From assembly GCA_013265495.1 (NCBI GenBank), contig MU058054.1, forward strand, positions 372,001 through 436,000: a stretch of DNA of 64,000 nucleotides, written 5' to 3'. Positions 1 through 13,660 of this stretch are shown here, in pieces. Position 1 is the first letter of the stretch, and every line of letters starts with the position of its first letter. The position numbers were made by a program, and so were the translations under genes. Below the pieces are notes generated by a model, which did no database searches, was not told where the DNA came from, and saw nothing but the letters and a program-made list of their open reading frames with translations. This stretch comes from Vicugna vicugna (taxonomy: Eukaryota).

Positions 1-1778
1 GAATCTGCAACCCCTGCGGAGGGGCATAAGTGCGAGTAACAGAGACTGATGAAGTGACATGTTTGTTCCTGTCTACAACGATGAGGAAGAGGGTTATTAC
101 TAACACCGTCAGGCCCAACAGAAATACGCCCTAATAACCTTTGGGACCCTCCACGTTATCAGTTCTCACTACATCAAATATATTAAAATCAAAACCTAAT
201 TCACTTTCATTAAAGACGATTAGTTTTACTCTTACTGTTTTACCTTGTAGGATATGATAATACATTGCCAATTAAAGGAGGAATAATAAATGTACTAAAA
301 GCATCAAACTGGGTACACCTTTTCATCCGTGCTTGGTGAAATTAGCTTAGCAGTAGTGTCTATTTAAGGACATTCAAAACAACCATCATTAAAAGTGGCG
401 TGGAAACATTTCACCCTAAAAAGAATACAGAAGAACCAAGTGTATCTTTTCCCTATTCAATGGATACCTCTTTTCATAGAATGCTTTCGTATAAAGTCCA
501 AGAATTTCTTTAACACAAACAGAATTATGGCCCAATAGAGGCACCAGAAACTTAATTAATTTGCCCGAGGTCATACTGCAGGTTGGTGGCAAAGCCTGTT
601 AAATTACTCGGAACTCTGGGCTCTACAGATGTTTTGGCAACGGCGAAGGCCCCAGAGGCTTCCACTGTAGTGGGTAAACCTCGGCAAGTAACGCATGACG
701 CCTGTATACAAAGGGCTAAGTGCTCTGGAGAGCTAACAACGTTTTCTTTGTGTACAAAGAACCTAGATGTGAGGTTCCCATCAGGAGTGCTTCTCAACAT
801 GTGCCCAAATTTTAAAAAAGAACTACTCATCCTCACCAGAGTCCACTGGTAAAAAGTACACTGATTTTAACGTCAGGGTCCCAGATACAGGAGCGCAAAG
901 AAGTAAGTTGAACATTTCTCCATCACTCAGAAGGTCCTGCCTTCTATCTGGCAGATCACTAATAATAATGGAGAAAAGACAGCATCACAAATAAATGTTT
1001 CTAATACAGTGTTGTTGTTTGTTTGTTTGTTTTTTTAAATTAGAAACGGGCTTATTACAGTGGACACTTAAATGGGGCCAGGGCAACAGTAATTCACAAG
1101 TACAATATCCTAATGCTGTTCCTTTAATTGCTTTATTTGTTTTACTGTTAAAAATGATTGCTTGCTGTAGTCTAACCATGAATGCTGAAAAGCATGATAC
1201 ATTGAGGTCTCAACCTGGGCAAACTGTACCTAAACTTACACTTTATTGCAGCTTAGTTCACAATCTTCGCCTAATATAGGGTTATATCCCAGTGCAGCAG
1301 GGGGATAAATCATCCTGGAATATTACTCTGGCAAAGTTTAGCTGTGACTGGAGCATATGTGTTTTCGAGCCACTGAAGCAAAGGCCCATAAAATACACTA
1401 ATTACTGGAAGTTATGGTCACTGAGTGATTGATAGCGCTCTGCAAGGCAACTTCCTCATTTTCAGCTCCTCTGACGGGGCTCATCCGCCACATAGCAATT
1501 ATTAATTCATGACCCACCCCTCAGGCACCACTACCTTTACTTCTAATTCTCCTGCTACCCAAACCACTGCTACAGCTGGACACTGTCTTTCTTCATTCTG
1601 ATGGCTGGGTAAGGATGATCAAAAGTAGGTTTTAATGCTAAATGCTATTGTTTTGAATCTTTAAATGTTGCTTGGTCTTTCTAACCCTGCTATCCGAAAA
1701 CACGTAAGGCTCCTTCCTCTCCTTTAACGCTGTTTTACTTGCATCATTTTCTCTTTTTTCCTTAAAAAAGAGCTTGTA

Positions 1779-1850
1779 TGTGTTTATGCATATATATTTA
1801 TATATACGTATGTATATATATGTTTATGTGTGTGTATGTATACATGTGTG
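1779..1850. repeat. Imperfect (TA)/(TG) microsatellite
   Basis: Run of tatgtgtttatgcatatatatttatatatacgtatgtatatatatgtttatgtgtgtgtatgtatacatgtgtg. Confidence 0.85.
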
Positions 1851-3199
1851 TAAATATCAATCTGTCTACTTATCCTGCATTAGATCACAAACTCTGCCTG
1901 AATAATTGTTTGAACACTGTAATTTAAATGCAATATATAACTCCAACTAGGCCGTAGTATGTATGAGGCAGCTAACTGATTAAAAAAAAAAAAGGCAACC
2001 CCCCCTCTCAACTCTCCATTTAAATCAGACCCCTTTGGTAGCTCTGAAGACATTCTAATTGTTTCAAGTTGATTTTCATCAGTAGCTCTACTCAGAGCAA
2101 TGCTATTAAAATATCTGGGTATATAACTAAAATCTCTAAAAGTCATTTAAAAACAACTGCAAAGGTCTCTTTTGATGGTGGTCTGTGTTGAGAGAAAACT
2201 CAGTGAGAGATTCTGAATTAAACGGAGAGAAAGTTCAGCCATGATGGATGAAAGCTAACATCTCACTTTTCAACTAGAAAAATAAATGTTCTTCAAATTT
2301 CTAAACAACTCAAAATGTAATACCAAAGGTGGTTTTCCTATATGGAATCTGAGATGGTGCAACAGATGAATAGGGCTCCAAGCTACCTATCCTCTCAGAA
2401 CTTGTCTCAAATTCCTCCTCTCCTGCTGGGAACGAGCCACAGAAAATAATTTTGAGGACAAAATTCATACCCTCGCTGCCTGCCATTCACTAGGCAGTGC
2501 ATCACATCTTACCTGGTGACATTTCCTAGGGTTCCACATCTTCCTGTATCTCCGCTGCCTGGTAAATTTCACTGGTCTAAGGGTAAACCTGACACCGGAA
2601 ATACTGTTTTGCAGCAGGCTGACCACGAGCATGTGTTGATTGTGATAAACCCCCTGACGATTCTCCCAAAGCCTGGTCAGCCTGGTGGTGCACAGCTTGG
2701 CTGTTTCTGTCATGAAAGCTACAACACTTAAACAAACGCAGTACCCAGACTCCTCAGTATTATGAGCTGATAGTTTTAACTGGCAAGGCCTAAACTCTTA
2801 ACACATACATCACTGCTTAGAATAATCACTTTTGCATATTGAAAGCACTATGATTAATTTACTGAAGACTAAAGAGTTGCAAGAAGGGAAAAGATTAGAG
2901 TTAACTGCCCCCAAATCCATCTCATGTGCCTAGTTCAAAAACCATTTCACTTTTCACGGTAAGAATTAAGAAATGACACCCTTTCAACATGTTTGTATAA
3001 TGCTGATCTGCGTCCTTTTTAATCATGAAACAGTCCCGAGAGACTTAGGTGGGGGTAAATCCTCCACTCCTAAACTGCTCACTGAGGTTGTGCAGCTCTG
3101 GGGACCCGAGGAAACACCCGTGCTGGGGTCTAGTCTATTGAGCTCAATCTAAGCTACACTTGTATTTCTGGACATTTCAAAGTCAAGAGTCATCATCAG

Positions 3200-3510
3200 G
3201 GAATATCCTCACACTTCCGGCCTGTCAGTGTGCTGCTGGTCTTGCGAGAGAGGGAGAGGGATGAAGGGAGGGGAGAGAGAGACAGGGAGTGGCCATCCCC
3301 ACCAAGACTCCATGCATGCAGGTGAAGCCATCTTGGGCTTTCCATTCTTTACCACCACATAGCTGCACCCTCACCAGAGGACCCCATGGATGCTACATGG
3401 GAGGCCTGAGCCCTGCTAGGATTCCTGGCCCACAGAATAAATAAAATAAATGGTTGTTATTTTACGCTACTAATGTTGGGTAGTTTATTAAGAGTAACAT
3501 AACTGAAATG
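3200..3510 (+). mobile_element. ERVL-MaLR (MLT1-like) LTR fragment
   Basis: The 3' end 'attcctggcccacagaataa...aataaatggttgttattttacgctactaatgttgggtagtttatt...ataactgaaa' resembles MLT1 LTR termini. Confidence 0.55.
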
Positions 3511-4617
3511 CTGTTCTTCACACTGAGATTAGCCCTCCCGCTCATCTGCCCGGTCCACGCATTCCTATTGCATTTCCACTTGTCTTTCTCGCTACTAGTC
3601 AGGGAGCTCCTGAGGGCAAAGCTTGCACCCTCAGTGCTAACACAGGGTAGCACTGCATCAATGGTCACTGACCAGATGGGATTCTCACGTGCCCACTGCC
3701 ATTCTATTATAGCAGACACGTGGAAGATTAGGTTAATTTTTGTGTTTCTTTATAAAAAAACCTAGGTCTTGGTTTCTGAAAAACAGCAATCGTACAATTC
3801 AAAACACAGTACAAGTGAACCAACTACAGACAGGGTAGGCAGCTATCCTGTGAAAAGCTATCCTGACTAATAAGCAGAGCCACAATAAACCAGTCTTGCC
3901 CTTACCTAATTTCCTGCTCATCCACACTTACCATCATCTCCCCCCCTTTTTTTTTCAAATTACTGATCGACTTCCTTTCTACAGCAAAGAGGAAGAAGCA
4001 GACTTTCATCCAGAGTCAGGACACTTAACTGTTGCTGCCTGGTCTAGTCACTTAATCAACCTAGAAAAGTCCTTTATTTTCTCTGGATCGCAGTTTCCTC
4101 ACTTGTAAGATGGGAACTTGGATGCTTATACACCAAAGTTGGTGGAATAATCTTGGGTACCTTAAATTACTGATTTTTCAGTCCTTTCCCATCACAGTGG
4201 GGAGAGGCTTAAATGAGATAATGAATATCGAACGGCTTTGTTAAGTGTTATGTACACATAAAGTGTTGTCACTCTTCTAGAATGACACTGAGCAAGATGT
4301 CAACAGCTAGGAACAGAGGAAAGCACTACACTTCATTTTATCACATGCCAGTCCCCTTCTGCACAGTCCTAGCTGCATGCTTGTCTGTGGGTACACTCCT
4401 GCCTGTCTCTGGACCCGAGCTTCCTCACTGGCAAGAGGAGGGATCTGCTTTTAACAAGTTCTAATGTCTCTCTTCTACTTAAAGCATTCTACTCTCTAAA
4501 TACAAGTTAAGGTGTGTAAAAGATTTTTCTAAATAAATGCTGAAAAAGAGGTTAAAGGTGTTATCATTCAGTTCATAATCAAAGTATGTAATATGATCTG
4601 TAGGATCTTTGAGTGGA

Positions 4618-4764
4618 TTTTTAATTATTTTTTAGTTTTTTTGGGGGGGAGGTGGTAATTAGGTTTATTTATTTATTTTATTCTTAGAGGAGGTACTGGG
4701 GATTGAACCCAGGACCTACTGCATGCTAACCATGCGCTCTACCACCGGAGCTATACCCTCCTGC
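4618..4764 (-). mobile_element. tRNA-derived SINE (vic-1-like, camelid)
   Basis: The reverse complement has GGAGGGTATAGCTCCGGTGGTAGAG (A box), GGTTCAATCCCCAGTAC (B box) and an (AAAT)n/A-rich tail. TSD ctttgagtgga at 4607-4617 and 4765-4775. Confidence 0.85.
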
Positions 4765-5550
4765 CTTTGAGTGGACTTTTAAAGTCCAGGTCACAGGACC
4801 TGGCTACTGCTAGAACTCTGTGAGCAGTGGTTTTTAATTACTGGATATCTCGAAGGTAGCAGCAGCGGGTCCTCAAATGATCACCCTCGTAGAATTTTAG
4901 AGTTGACAGAGGTCACTAGGACACTGGCCCCCTCTTATCTTTTAGATGTCAACTCAGACATAACCCCACAACACTCAGTTACCCCCATCATATGACGCTG
5001 TTTATTTCCATCCAAATAGTTGCTGTTGTCAAGCACCCGTCTTTGTTACGTAGGCTCCATGAAAGCAGGGGTTTTGTCACTTTCATTCCCAGCGATGTCC
5101 CCAGTGGCTAGTACAGTGCCGGCCACATAATGGGTACTCAAGGAAAATTTGTTACATGACTGAATGAACAGATGACCGCATCTTGTCTAACCCTATACCT
5201 GTCTCTTCTACAAAGTAGTTTTTTAAAAAAATCCCTGAGACAAGTGTTCAGTCACTACTTAAATGCCCCCAGGGACGGGGCATTTCTACCCGTCAAGGGA
5301 TGACTGTATGGTTGAGTAGGAAGGGTGCAGGAATCCATCCATTAGAAAATTGTTCCTTATACTGAACAGAAAACCATGGGATTTTTGTTTTTTTTCAGTT
5401 ATTGTTAGCCTCAGAAGGTTCAGCCTGCCAGTCATAAAGCAGCATCTTGCCTTCTCTTTACGGATGATCCTTCAAACACCTGAATACCGGTTGCCAAACG
5501 CCTGCCTTGTCTTCTCTTTATTTCTTTATTCTTCATATCGAGACTTTGTT

Positions 5551-5899
5551 AAAAAAAAAAAAAGACAAACGAACTTATTTACAAAACAGTAACAGACTCA
5601 CAGACAGAAAACAAACTTACAGTTACCTGAGGTGGGGAAGGGGGTGGGAAGGGATCATTTGGGAGTTTGAGATTTGTAAATACTAACTAATATATATAAA
5701 ATAGATAAACAACAAGTTCATACTGTATAGCACAGGGAACTATATTCAATATCTTGTAGCAACCTTTGGTGAAAAAGAATATGAAAACAAATCTATATAA
5801 GTTCATGTTTGACTGAAGCATTGTGCTGTACATCAGAAACTGACACAACATTGTAAACTGACTATACTTCACTAAAAATGAAAAAAAAAGCAAAAAAAA
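5551..5899 (+). mobile_element. 5'-truncated LINE-1 3' end with A tail
   Basis: L1 3'UTR motifs (gtatagcacagggaactatattcaatatcttgta; ttgtaaactgactatacttca) and an A tail. TSD agactttgtt at 5541-5550 and 5900-5909. Confidence 0.9.
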
Positions 5900-7699
5900 A
5901 GACTTTGTTGAGTTAATGTTTTGTTTTGTTTTGTTTTTTAAAGTTCAAAGTGTGTAAGTTTGTGTGTACACATGATTTGGACATGTGTGGCTGAAAAACC
6001 TTTAAAATCTGTCTGAAATCCATCAAAATAATAAAATGCTTAGCTGGGACTGCTAACACCTGTTCCATTTTGTTTTGTCGATCTCATGGCTGTTCACGGC
6101 AGCTCTGAGCACAAAGCAAGCCCAACAATGCCTCATTCAGTGGGGGAACACTTCACTTTGTCTGCCAGTTTCACATTCACCACAGTCACTGACAGCCTTG
6201 GAAATGCACAGTTAGGCATGGTGATCCGAGACAGCTGGACCCCTTCACAGACCTTGCAAAGGACTGAACTAGTCAATCCATCATCTGCCAAAGGTCATTT
6301 TAACAGCTTCTTTTTGCAGTAAGTTATGTAAAATTTTAGATGGGAAAAAATGACAATGGAAAAAATCAAGTTAAGACAGAATTAGAGGAAGGGGAGTGCG
6401 AGCAGGGGAATGAGGGACAGAAACTGTTACATGCTCTTTTTTCCCCTCTATATTCTTCAATGGAAGGGAAGGAGGCCCATGACAAGGATACCAAAACCAC
6501 ACCCCTACCCACCTTCCCATACAGTCTTCCGCTGAAATTCCCTTTGTCTTTGGACCATTCAGCTTTGATCCTTCTGCCTCCTGATGGGTTTCCACAAAAA
6601 CTTCTGATCAACAGGTGAAGTATTTCACTAGATGGAGCAGCAGACTGAATATATTTTAATAAGATTCAACTTTCACTCAAGTTGTTGACAATAATTATAA
6701 AAAAGAAGAGGAGGAAAAAAAATCAGTAGTTGAGTGAAGCACACCAAATACCAAGTTTTTATGGTCCAAAGAAGCGGACAGCAGCTGCTCATAGGGCATC
6801 CCAGAGCCATCCGTCACCCTGAGACCAGGTTCCTCATCACCAAGGGCTAGAAAGGCCAACAAAGCTGCAGGTGTAGGCCCACCAGACACAGCTGTGTCTC
6901 TGCTTTGTTGTTGTTGTTTCTTTTTGTAGGGACAGGGGTGACAGGTTCGTCAGTGTATTTAGAGGCAAGAACCAGTTCTAGGTAATGCTTCATAATTCTT
7001 GTCGCCTGGTAAACACCCAACACATAGATGTTGTATCAAAGAGAAGCTTACTTCTCAAAGTAATTTTATGGGGTTGTTACTGTTAAATGAAAGTTTATTA
7101 AAAATCTAGAATACTGAAAGCCTGCTCTTGTTTCCTAGATGCAGTCTTTTCTCTTATCCTTCTGAGAATATTAGAATTCATTTGAATTTTTCTCCCCTGC
7201 ATTGCTTCCAACCCTCCAAGTTGCTTTTTTTCAGTTATTTTAGGTTTCAGTTCTTACCTTAATGCCTTCCTCAAATGTTTTGCTAAGAGTAAGGCAACTA
7301 CAAATCTGAGTGGAAACTCTGCGCTTGTGGGTGGAGCCTGTAGACTGAAGTACCACGACCTAGCTGACTGTTTCCTTGGAGAACTCCCAATGCCTGGATC
7401 TCTAAGACCTCTTGGTCAGGTTTCCCTAGAGAAAGTCTTCCAAATATCCTGCCTGAAACGTAATCCTGGCTGTCGGTGTTCCAAGAACAGGGTGTGGTAA
7501 GATGGCTGGGAGTCTCCACATTCAGAATCTAACTTTCACTTAATGCCTCTGCTCTCAGTAATGGGACCCAGCCCTCTACAGTGCCAGGTATCACTTATTA
7601 TTCTCAAGAGAAAAATCCTTTACTCAGTCTTGTGTTAGGGTTGGGGAGGGGCGATTGTCTGTGGGTCAAACAGCTTAACTGTTTCTCATACAGACTTTA

Positions 7700-8162
7700 T
7701 TTATTTATTTTCTTATTGAGTTATAGTCAGTTTACAATGTTGTGCCAATTTCTCATGTACAGAACAATGCTTCAGTCATATATGAATATACATATATTCA
7801 TTTTCATATTCTTTTTCACCATGAGCTACTACAAGATACTGAATATAGTTCCCTGTGCTATACAGTATAAACTTGTTTATCCATAGTATCTGCAAATCTC
7901 GAACTCCCAGTTTATCCCTTCTCACCCTTCTCCCCACTGGCAACCACAAGTCTGTATTCTATGTCTGTAAGTCTGTTTCTGTTTTATATATAAGTTCATT
8001 TGTCTGTTTTTTTTTTCCAGATTCCAGATATGAGTGATCTCATATGGTATTTGTCTTTCTCTTTCTGGCTTACTTCACTTAGAATGACATTCCCCAGGGC
8101 CATCCATGTTGCTGCAAATGGCATTATTTTATCACTTTTTATGGCTGAGTAGTATTCCATCG
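7700..8162 (-). mobile_element. 5'-truncated LINE-1 3' end
   Basis: Reverse complement of the same L1 3'UTR plus the ORF2 C-terminus. Perfect 23-bp TSD aactgtttctcatacagacttta at 7677-7699 and 8163-8185. Confidence 0.92.
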
Positions 8163-10190
8163 AACTGTTTCTCATACAGACTTTAAAACAATTCTCATCT
8201 CTGGTCCCTCCTTCACTCCTAGTTCCAGATACCTGGTTCCACCAAGTCCTGAGCCTTCAGGTGGTTTACAGGAAATCGGGTGCTGCGTTCTTTCTTTACT
8301 GCTGGCTTAGGATTTCAGTACTCGGTTCTGCTAAGCTGTTTACTGATGTCCACCTGCTTTCCCACATCTGAAATCTGGGTGCTACTGTCTCCTTTCCCTT
8401 TCTTTATGATAATAAGCCTTAAAAAATCCCTTTACAGGTATTTTCAGTGGATTTTGAGGTGAGAGAGGAAACTAATGCATACACTCCATGCTTTAACCAA
8501 ATTAGCAGGCTTTTCGAACCAAATACAAACATTTCAAAAGGTAATTGTCTCTTAAAGAGAGGGGATAATGCCTTAACTTTCTCACTGTGACCTTTCCAGA
8601 AATTCTGAAGTAGAGCTCCTATCTAAAAACAGGAAACTGAGGCTCAGAGAGATTAAGTGAGTCACCTTAGATCTATAGTTTATACTGGCAGAAGTGGAAT
8701 TTGAACTTAGGGCTGATACTTTGGCAAACAGGAAGCTGTTTTTCACATTTGTGATCTATTCAGCAAATGTTTGTGAGCACTCACGGTAAAAGCTCCAACA
8801 AACTTCAACGCTGATCTTTGTTTTCAGAACCTGCTTTAAAACCATTACAGAAGGATGAAAAACTTGAGGAAAAAGATTTCTTGAGTACCCAACAGGGCAA
8901 TGAAACTGCGCTAGAGGGTGGAGGAGATTATGAGAGAACCAGATTTAAATCCCGTCATAAGGAACTATGACATGTCTATAAATTATTATAATACGAAATG
9001 AAAAATGCACATGCCACAAGGAAGACGTAGATGAAGAAGATGTTACTTTCAGCTGGAGAGATCAGAGCTGGTGTCATAACGGATGGGTATTTAAATTGTA
9101 TCTTGGGAAGAAAAGAAAAATGACATTCCATGGAGAGTGAATAACATAGTATTCCTTGCATATTTTTAACTTGGTAAAGGTAATTCTCAAACTCACAAGA
9201 AAAACTTTAACTCTGTCAAAACAAAAGAATCCATAAAATCCCCAGAAGGTGGTGCTCCTTTGATGACAGTGACCTGGCGTGACTCCCTGGATGTGTTCTT
9301 CACCTATCTGGAGACAGTTTTCTGAGCCCCGGACCTTGCTTTCATCATTCAGCACATCATTCAAGCCACTTCAGTAAAACAGTGAAGAGGGGTCTCAGAG
9401 GGCTTGATGACACTCCAATTAACCAAGCACATCGAGCCAGATTGTTCTATGCCTCGGACCCAAGAGACCGGTAGAGAGAGGGGGCAAACAAAGGCGGGAA
9501 GAGCGAGGACCTGAGTGAAAAGAGCAAAATGCATGCTCTAAAGATGGGGCTTTCAGTCTGACTCCCGCGGAAAAGGCTGTCAGATTATTCACCACCGGCC
9601 TTAATAAGGCTTTTATAATAGCCCGCCGAAGAGAATCACAAACCAGAACGTGTACGCGGAGAGCACGCTCAGCGAGAAGGAGCGCGCAGGACTGACGTGC
9701 TGCCTTTTCAGATGTGTGGGCATCGTCCTGGGGCTGACAATGCAAGGCTAGAGGAGGGCGTGTGTTGACTTATTTTTTGACCCAGTTAAGCCCAACCTAA
9801 AAATCCAGCGTTTCCAAATGTGACTGTTTACTTCCCTCCTACAGATTTATGTTGCGACTTGAATGACATGAGAATATGAATGGAGCAACTAATTCGTGGA
9901 AAACAGCAGTGGGACCCTCTCCTCAAGCTGCTCGTCGTGTGGGACAGGAGAGATGCACTGCGCAGGCTGCGAAATTAAGAAATTCTGCCCTGGAACATTT
10001 TAGGTATTCCCTACCCCTAGGAATTAAAAGCATCAAACTTGGTGAAACCGAAGCCCTTATTATGTCCACACTCGTTTTCATTTTAAAGTTTAGCCCTGAA
10101 ATCCTTCAGAGCAACCACCAGGATGAATAGTCCTAAAAATCACCCAGTCAACTGAATCAGCATGAACTTTGAAAAAGAGTCAAATATTCT

Positions 10191-10343
10191 TTTTTTTTTT
10201 AAATTTTGTTCTTTGTTTCCTTTTTGTGGCAGAAGGTAATTAGATTTATTTATTTATTTACTAGAGGAGGTACTGGGGATTGAACCCAGGACCTCGGGCA
10301 CACTAAGCAATCACTCTACCACTGAGCTATACCCTCTCCCCTC
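10191..10343 (-). mobile_element. tRNA-derived SINE (vic-1-like)
   Basis: Plus strand reads gaggaggtactggggattgaacccagg...ctctaccactgagctataccctc with a T-rich tail. TSD caaatattct at 10181-10190 and 10348-10357. Confidence 0.85.
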
Positions 10344-12789
10344 AGAACAAATATTCTAGGGTAGGATTACTCTTCCCAGTTTGTCCTAGATCAGAAGTTC
10401 TGTACTCTGGTTAGTGGGCCTCACTTCTTTTTTCTTCTCCTCTTTTTTTTTGCATTTCCACACTGATTCTTGTCATGTAGGTTCAAGGAAGAAGTGCAAT
10501 TAATTCCACGTGGGTTCCTTGCCCCATTACGAAGTGAGCCCACACAAACCCCGTATATGGCGATGACCTTTATTCTGTTCTGTAACTAATCTGCGTGAGG
10601 AGAACTACAACACATTTAAAGATCTTGAGTTGAAAACCAGAACCGAAAAACACAGAAAGGGGCCAAAATCTCCACTTTTAGTAAAAGTGCTGTGTTCTGG
10701 TTAAGCTGAATAATACCATCTTTCCCCCTTCTTAAGGGTAATGTCCATCTTTATGTTACTTCTGCCAACTCCAAGTACTACACACAGCTGACAAAATCCT
10801 GGAAGAGACCCATTTTATCCCACAACAGAGGGATGCTGAACTGAGAGGAGGCGGGGCCGTTCTAGCCCTGGATAAAACACAGTCATATTAAAGATTCTTT
10901 GCTTAAGGCACAAATGTACCTGTCTGTGACTTTTTAATGGCACATTTTAGTGGCGTGTAGCGTTATCTTTTATGAAGGAGTGTGGCGAGAGGCCTTGTTA
11001 CGACTCCCCATGGGAACTGTGACAGCACAGTGACAAGGGAAGGGGCAGTGTGAACGAGGCAAGCAAGGGTGAACCCTGTTATTTTAGGAGTTGAAAGCAA
11101 TAAAGGCACATTTCTGACTCCGCATCACCCAAGTTCAGGGATTTTATGGAATTTGGGGGTGGGGGGTGCTAGGTAGAGGTAGAAGGGATAGAAAACTCTA
11201 ATGCCCATTCTGTCTCTATTAGATTCTTGTGTAATTTCAGGACAATTCCTTTGCTCTGTTTCCTACATTTTTTTGTTCCACTTGTTTCTTTACCAGCCTA
11301 GGGGATACACTGACTGACGGAAAACACTTTGAGGAAGGTAACCACACAAACAGGTAGGCCTCGCATACTTAGACACCGGATCTCTCCCCAAGTGTTCACA
11401 GAGATCCACCTTAGAGTGTGCTGGGGTGGGGGGGGCTCCCCCATCTTTTCCTTCTTTCTCCCAGTGGCAGCTCCCTTCAAGACCAACCCGGCTCAACCCC
11501 TCACCTCTCTGTAGCTCGGGTTACTTCATAAACATCTTAACTCTTGGCTTTGTCACACTGTTCTGGGCTCCAGGTGTCTGTCTCCTCTACCAGAGGTGGG
11601 CTTTTCTCAGCACACGGTAAGTGCTTACATGATTACTGAATAATTACTGATATTTATTGAATGAAAGTTTCTACTCATCAGGGTGCATACGAGGAAGGGA
11701 ATCTTGCTTCCAAAAGTGAGGATAAAGAAAAGAGAAGCAATTCTTCTTTGAAGACGTGGACTATGTTTCAGAACACAGGTTGTTATTCAGAATTTTACAG
11801 TGTTACTGAGAGCCACACTTCTTCCAATCTACAGTGATTTTAAACAAGGTTTTCCACATCTATTCCAACATACTGTGGTGAAAACAAAGAAGAAACTGGC
11901 CTTGATGTGCCTTTTTGGGACTAAATTCCCAATCTCTTCAGGTAATATTCTCATCAGATCTGCTCCTTAAAAAAAAGAACCTTGGGGTCTCCTTATTATT
12001 GAATCACCCACAATTTCTCATCTATGGACTCAAAATCTCCACCCCCCCCAATTCCCTAGCACGTGTTTTCTGTTACCCTGCACCCCAAGAGAATTTGGCA
12101 GAACACACACGCTGGGGCCTCGCTCTACTCTATGAAGACACAGCCCACCACCTGTGTTTGGTCATTCATTCTCACCTGCCTGTCTGGTGGATCATAAGCT
12201 CCCAGAATACAGAGCCGTCAATCACATAGCTCCTTTCAAAAGCGTTTAGGTGGGCACTGCTAAGAGGTGCCCAGCAACCCTTTTTGATGATCATAATCAG
12301 ACTGCACTTCGCATCTGCTAATGCCACCTCCTCTTCCTTCTCACGTGACACCCGGCTCCTCGTCACCCACTGTAAAGTACCCAGCCCGTCTCTGCCCTCA
12401 CTCCTGACCAGTGTGGTCCTTGTCCGCTCTCCACTTTACCGCATGACCCAACAGGCTCCTTCTGGCATTCAGGTGTCGCACACTCAACGAGGACACCTCC
12501 TCACACAGTTCCTTACACCTTAATCCTCCTCAGTCTTACAGATTCAGTGAGTCTGTGTTCTTCAGTTCTTCAGTAGTGTACCTCCAGAGTATATGGACAT
12601 GATCAACAAAACCCCAAATACATCCATGGCAATCTCCCTCCCTATAGGACAGCGTCTCTTTTTATTAATCCTTGTATCCCTAGCATCCGGCAAAATACTG
12701 GCAGACATACATTTCAATATGCAATATAAATACGTTCTATTTATTAAGCATCTATCCATCCATCTACCTACCTTCCTATCTTACCTGAT

Positions 12790-13320
12790 CTCCCTGCTTC
12801 CATGATTGCCCCTCTACAGTCTGTGCTCCACAGAGCACCCAGTTACCCCTTGAAAATGTAATTTAGAAGATTTCCTCTCAGAGTAACAGCCATATTCCTT
12901 ACCATGGCCTACAAGCTGGTATGTGATCTGGTCCTTGGCTGCCTTTCCCATTTCCCTTGCTAATTCCACTCCAGTCACCCCTGTCTCCCTGCTTTCCTTA
13001 AATATGCCAAACACACCCCAGTTTAGCACCTTTGTATCTGCTGTTGCCCGATGGCCACCCCTTTGTTTGAAATCATTCAAGTCTCTTCTCAAAGGTTACT
13101 TTATCTGCTTTATTTTTCTCTGTAGGACTTACCACCACCTGACAAATTATATACCTCATTATCCTCCTGTTCTCTGTCCTTCTTTTCATGCCCCACCCCT
13201 CGCCAAAGGCAACTCTGTGAGACTCAAGAATGGAGTCTCCTCCGTTGCTATATCCCCTCGTCTACCTAGGAGACACAGCAGGGGCTGAATACACGAGTGA
13301 AGAAATGAATGTGGAAGGAA
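12790..13320 (+). mobile_element. Old L2 LINE fragment
   Basis: L2-like phrases (ctccacagagcacccag; ccttaccatggcctacaag; tgatctggtcc) and a tgaa-type 3' end. Confidence 0.55.
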
Positions 13321-13484
13321 GGAATGGTGAACATGCGTGCGTGCTCTACATCTTAAATCTATTACTTATGCTCTCTCACAGTACTGCCATGCCTCTGCCT
13401 ACGATGCCATGCTAGGGTGTATCATTAAGTCACACAATTCCAGAGCTGCTGCAGAAAGTTACAGAAAGACAAGAGCAGAGAGTT

Positions 13485-13660
13485 GTAGAATGTTAGTCTG
13501 GAAAGGGGCTTAGAGGTCATTATTTTACTGATGAAAAAACTGAGGCCCAAAGTGAGGGGCAGTGGCTTGCACAGGGTCACCCAGAAAACCAGCAGCAGAG
13601 CTGGGACTGCAAACCAGGTCTTTCATTCCCAGTCTAGGATTCTTATCTTTACACCATGGA
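13485..13660 (-). mobile_element. MIR SINE
   Basis: Core 'attttactgatgaaaaaactgaggcccaaagtgaggggcagtggcttgcacagggtcacccag'. Confidence 0.7.
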
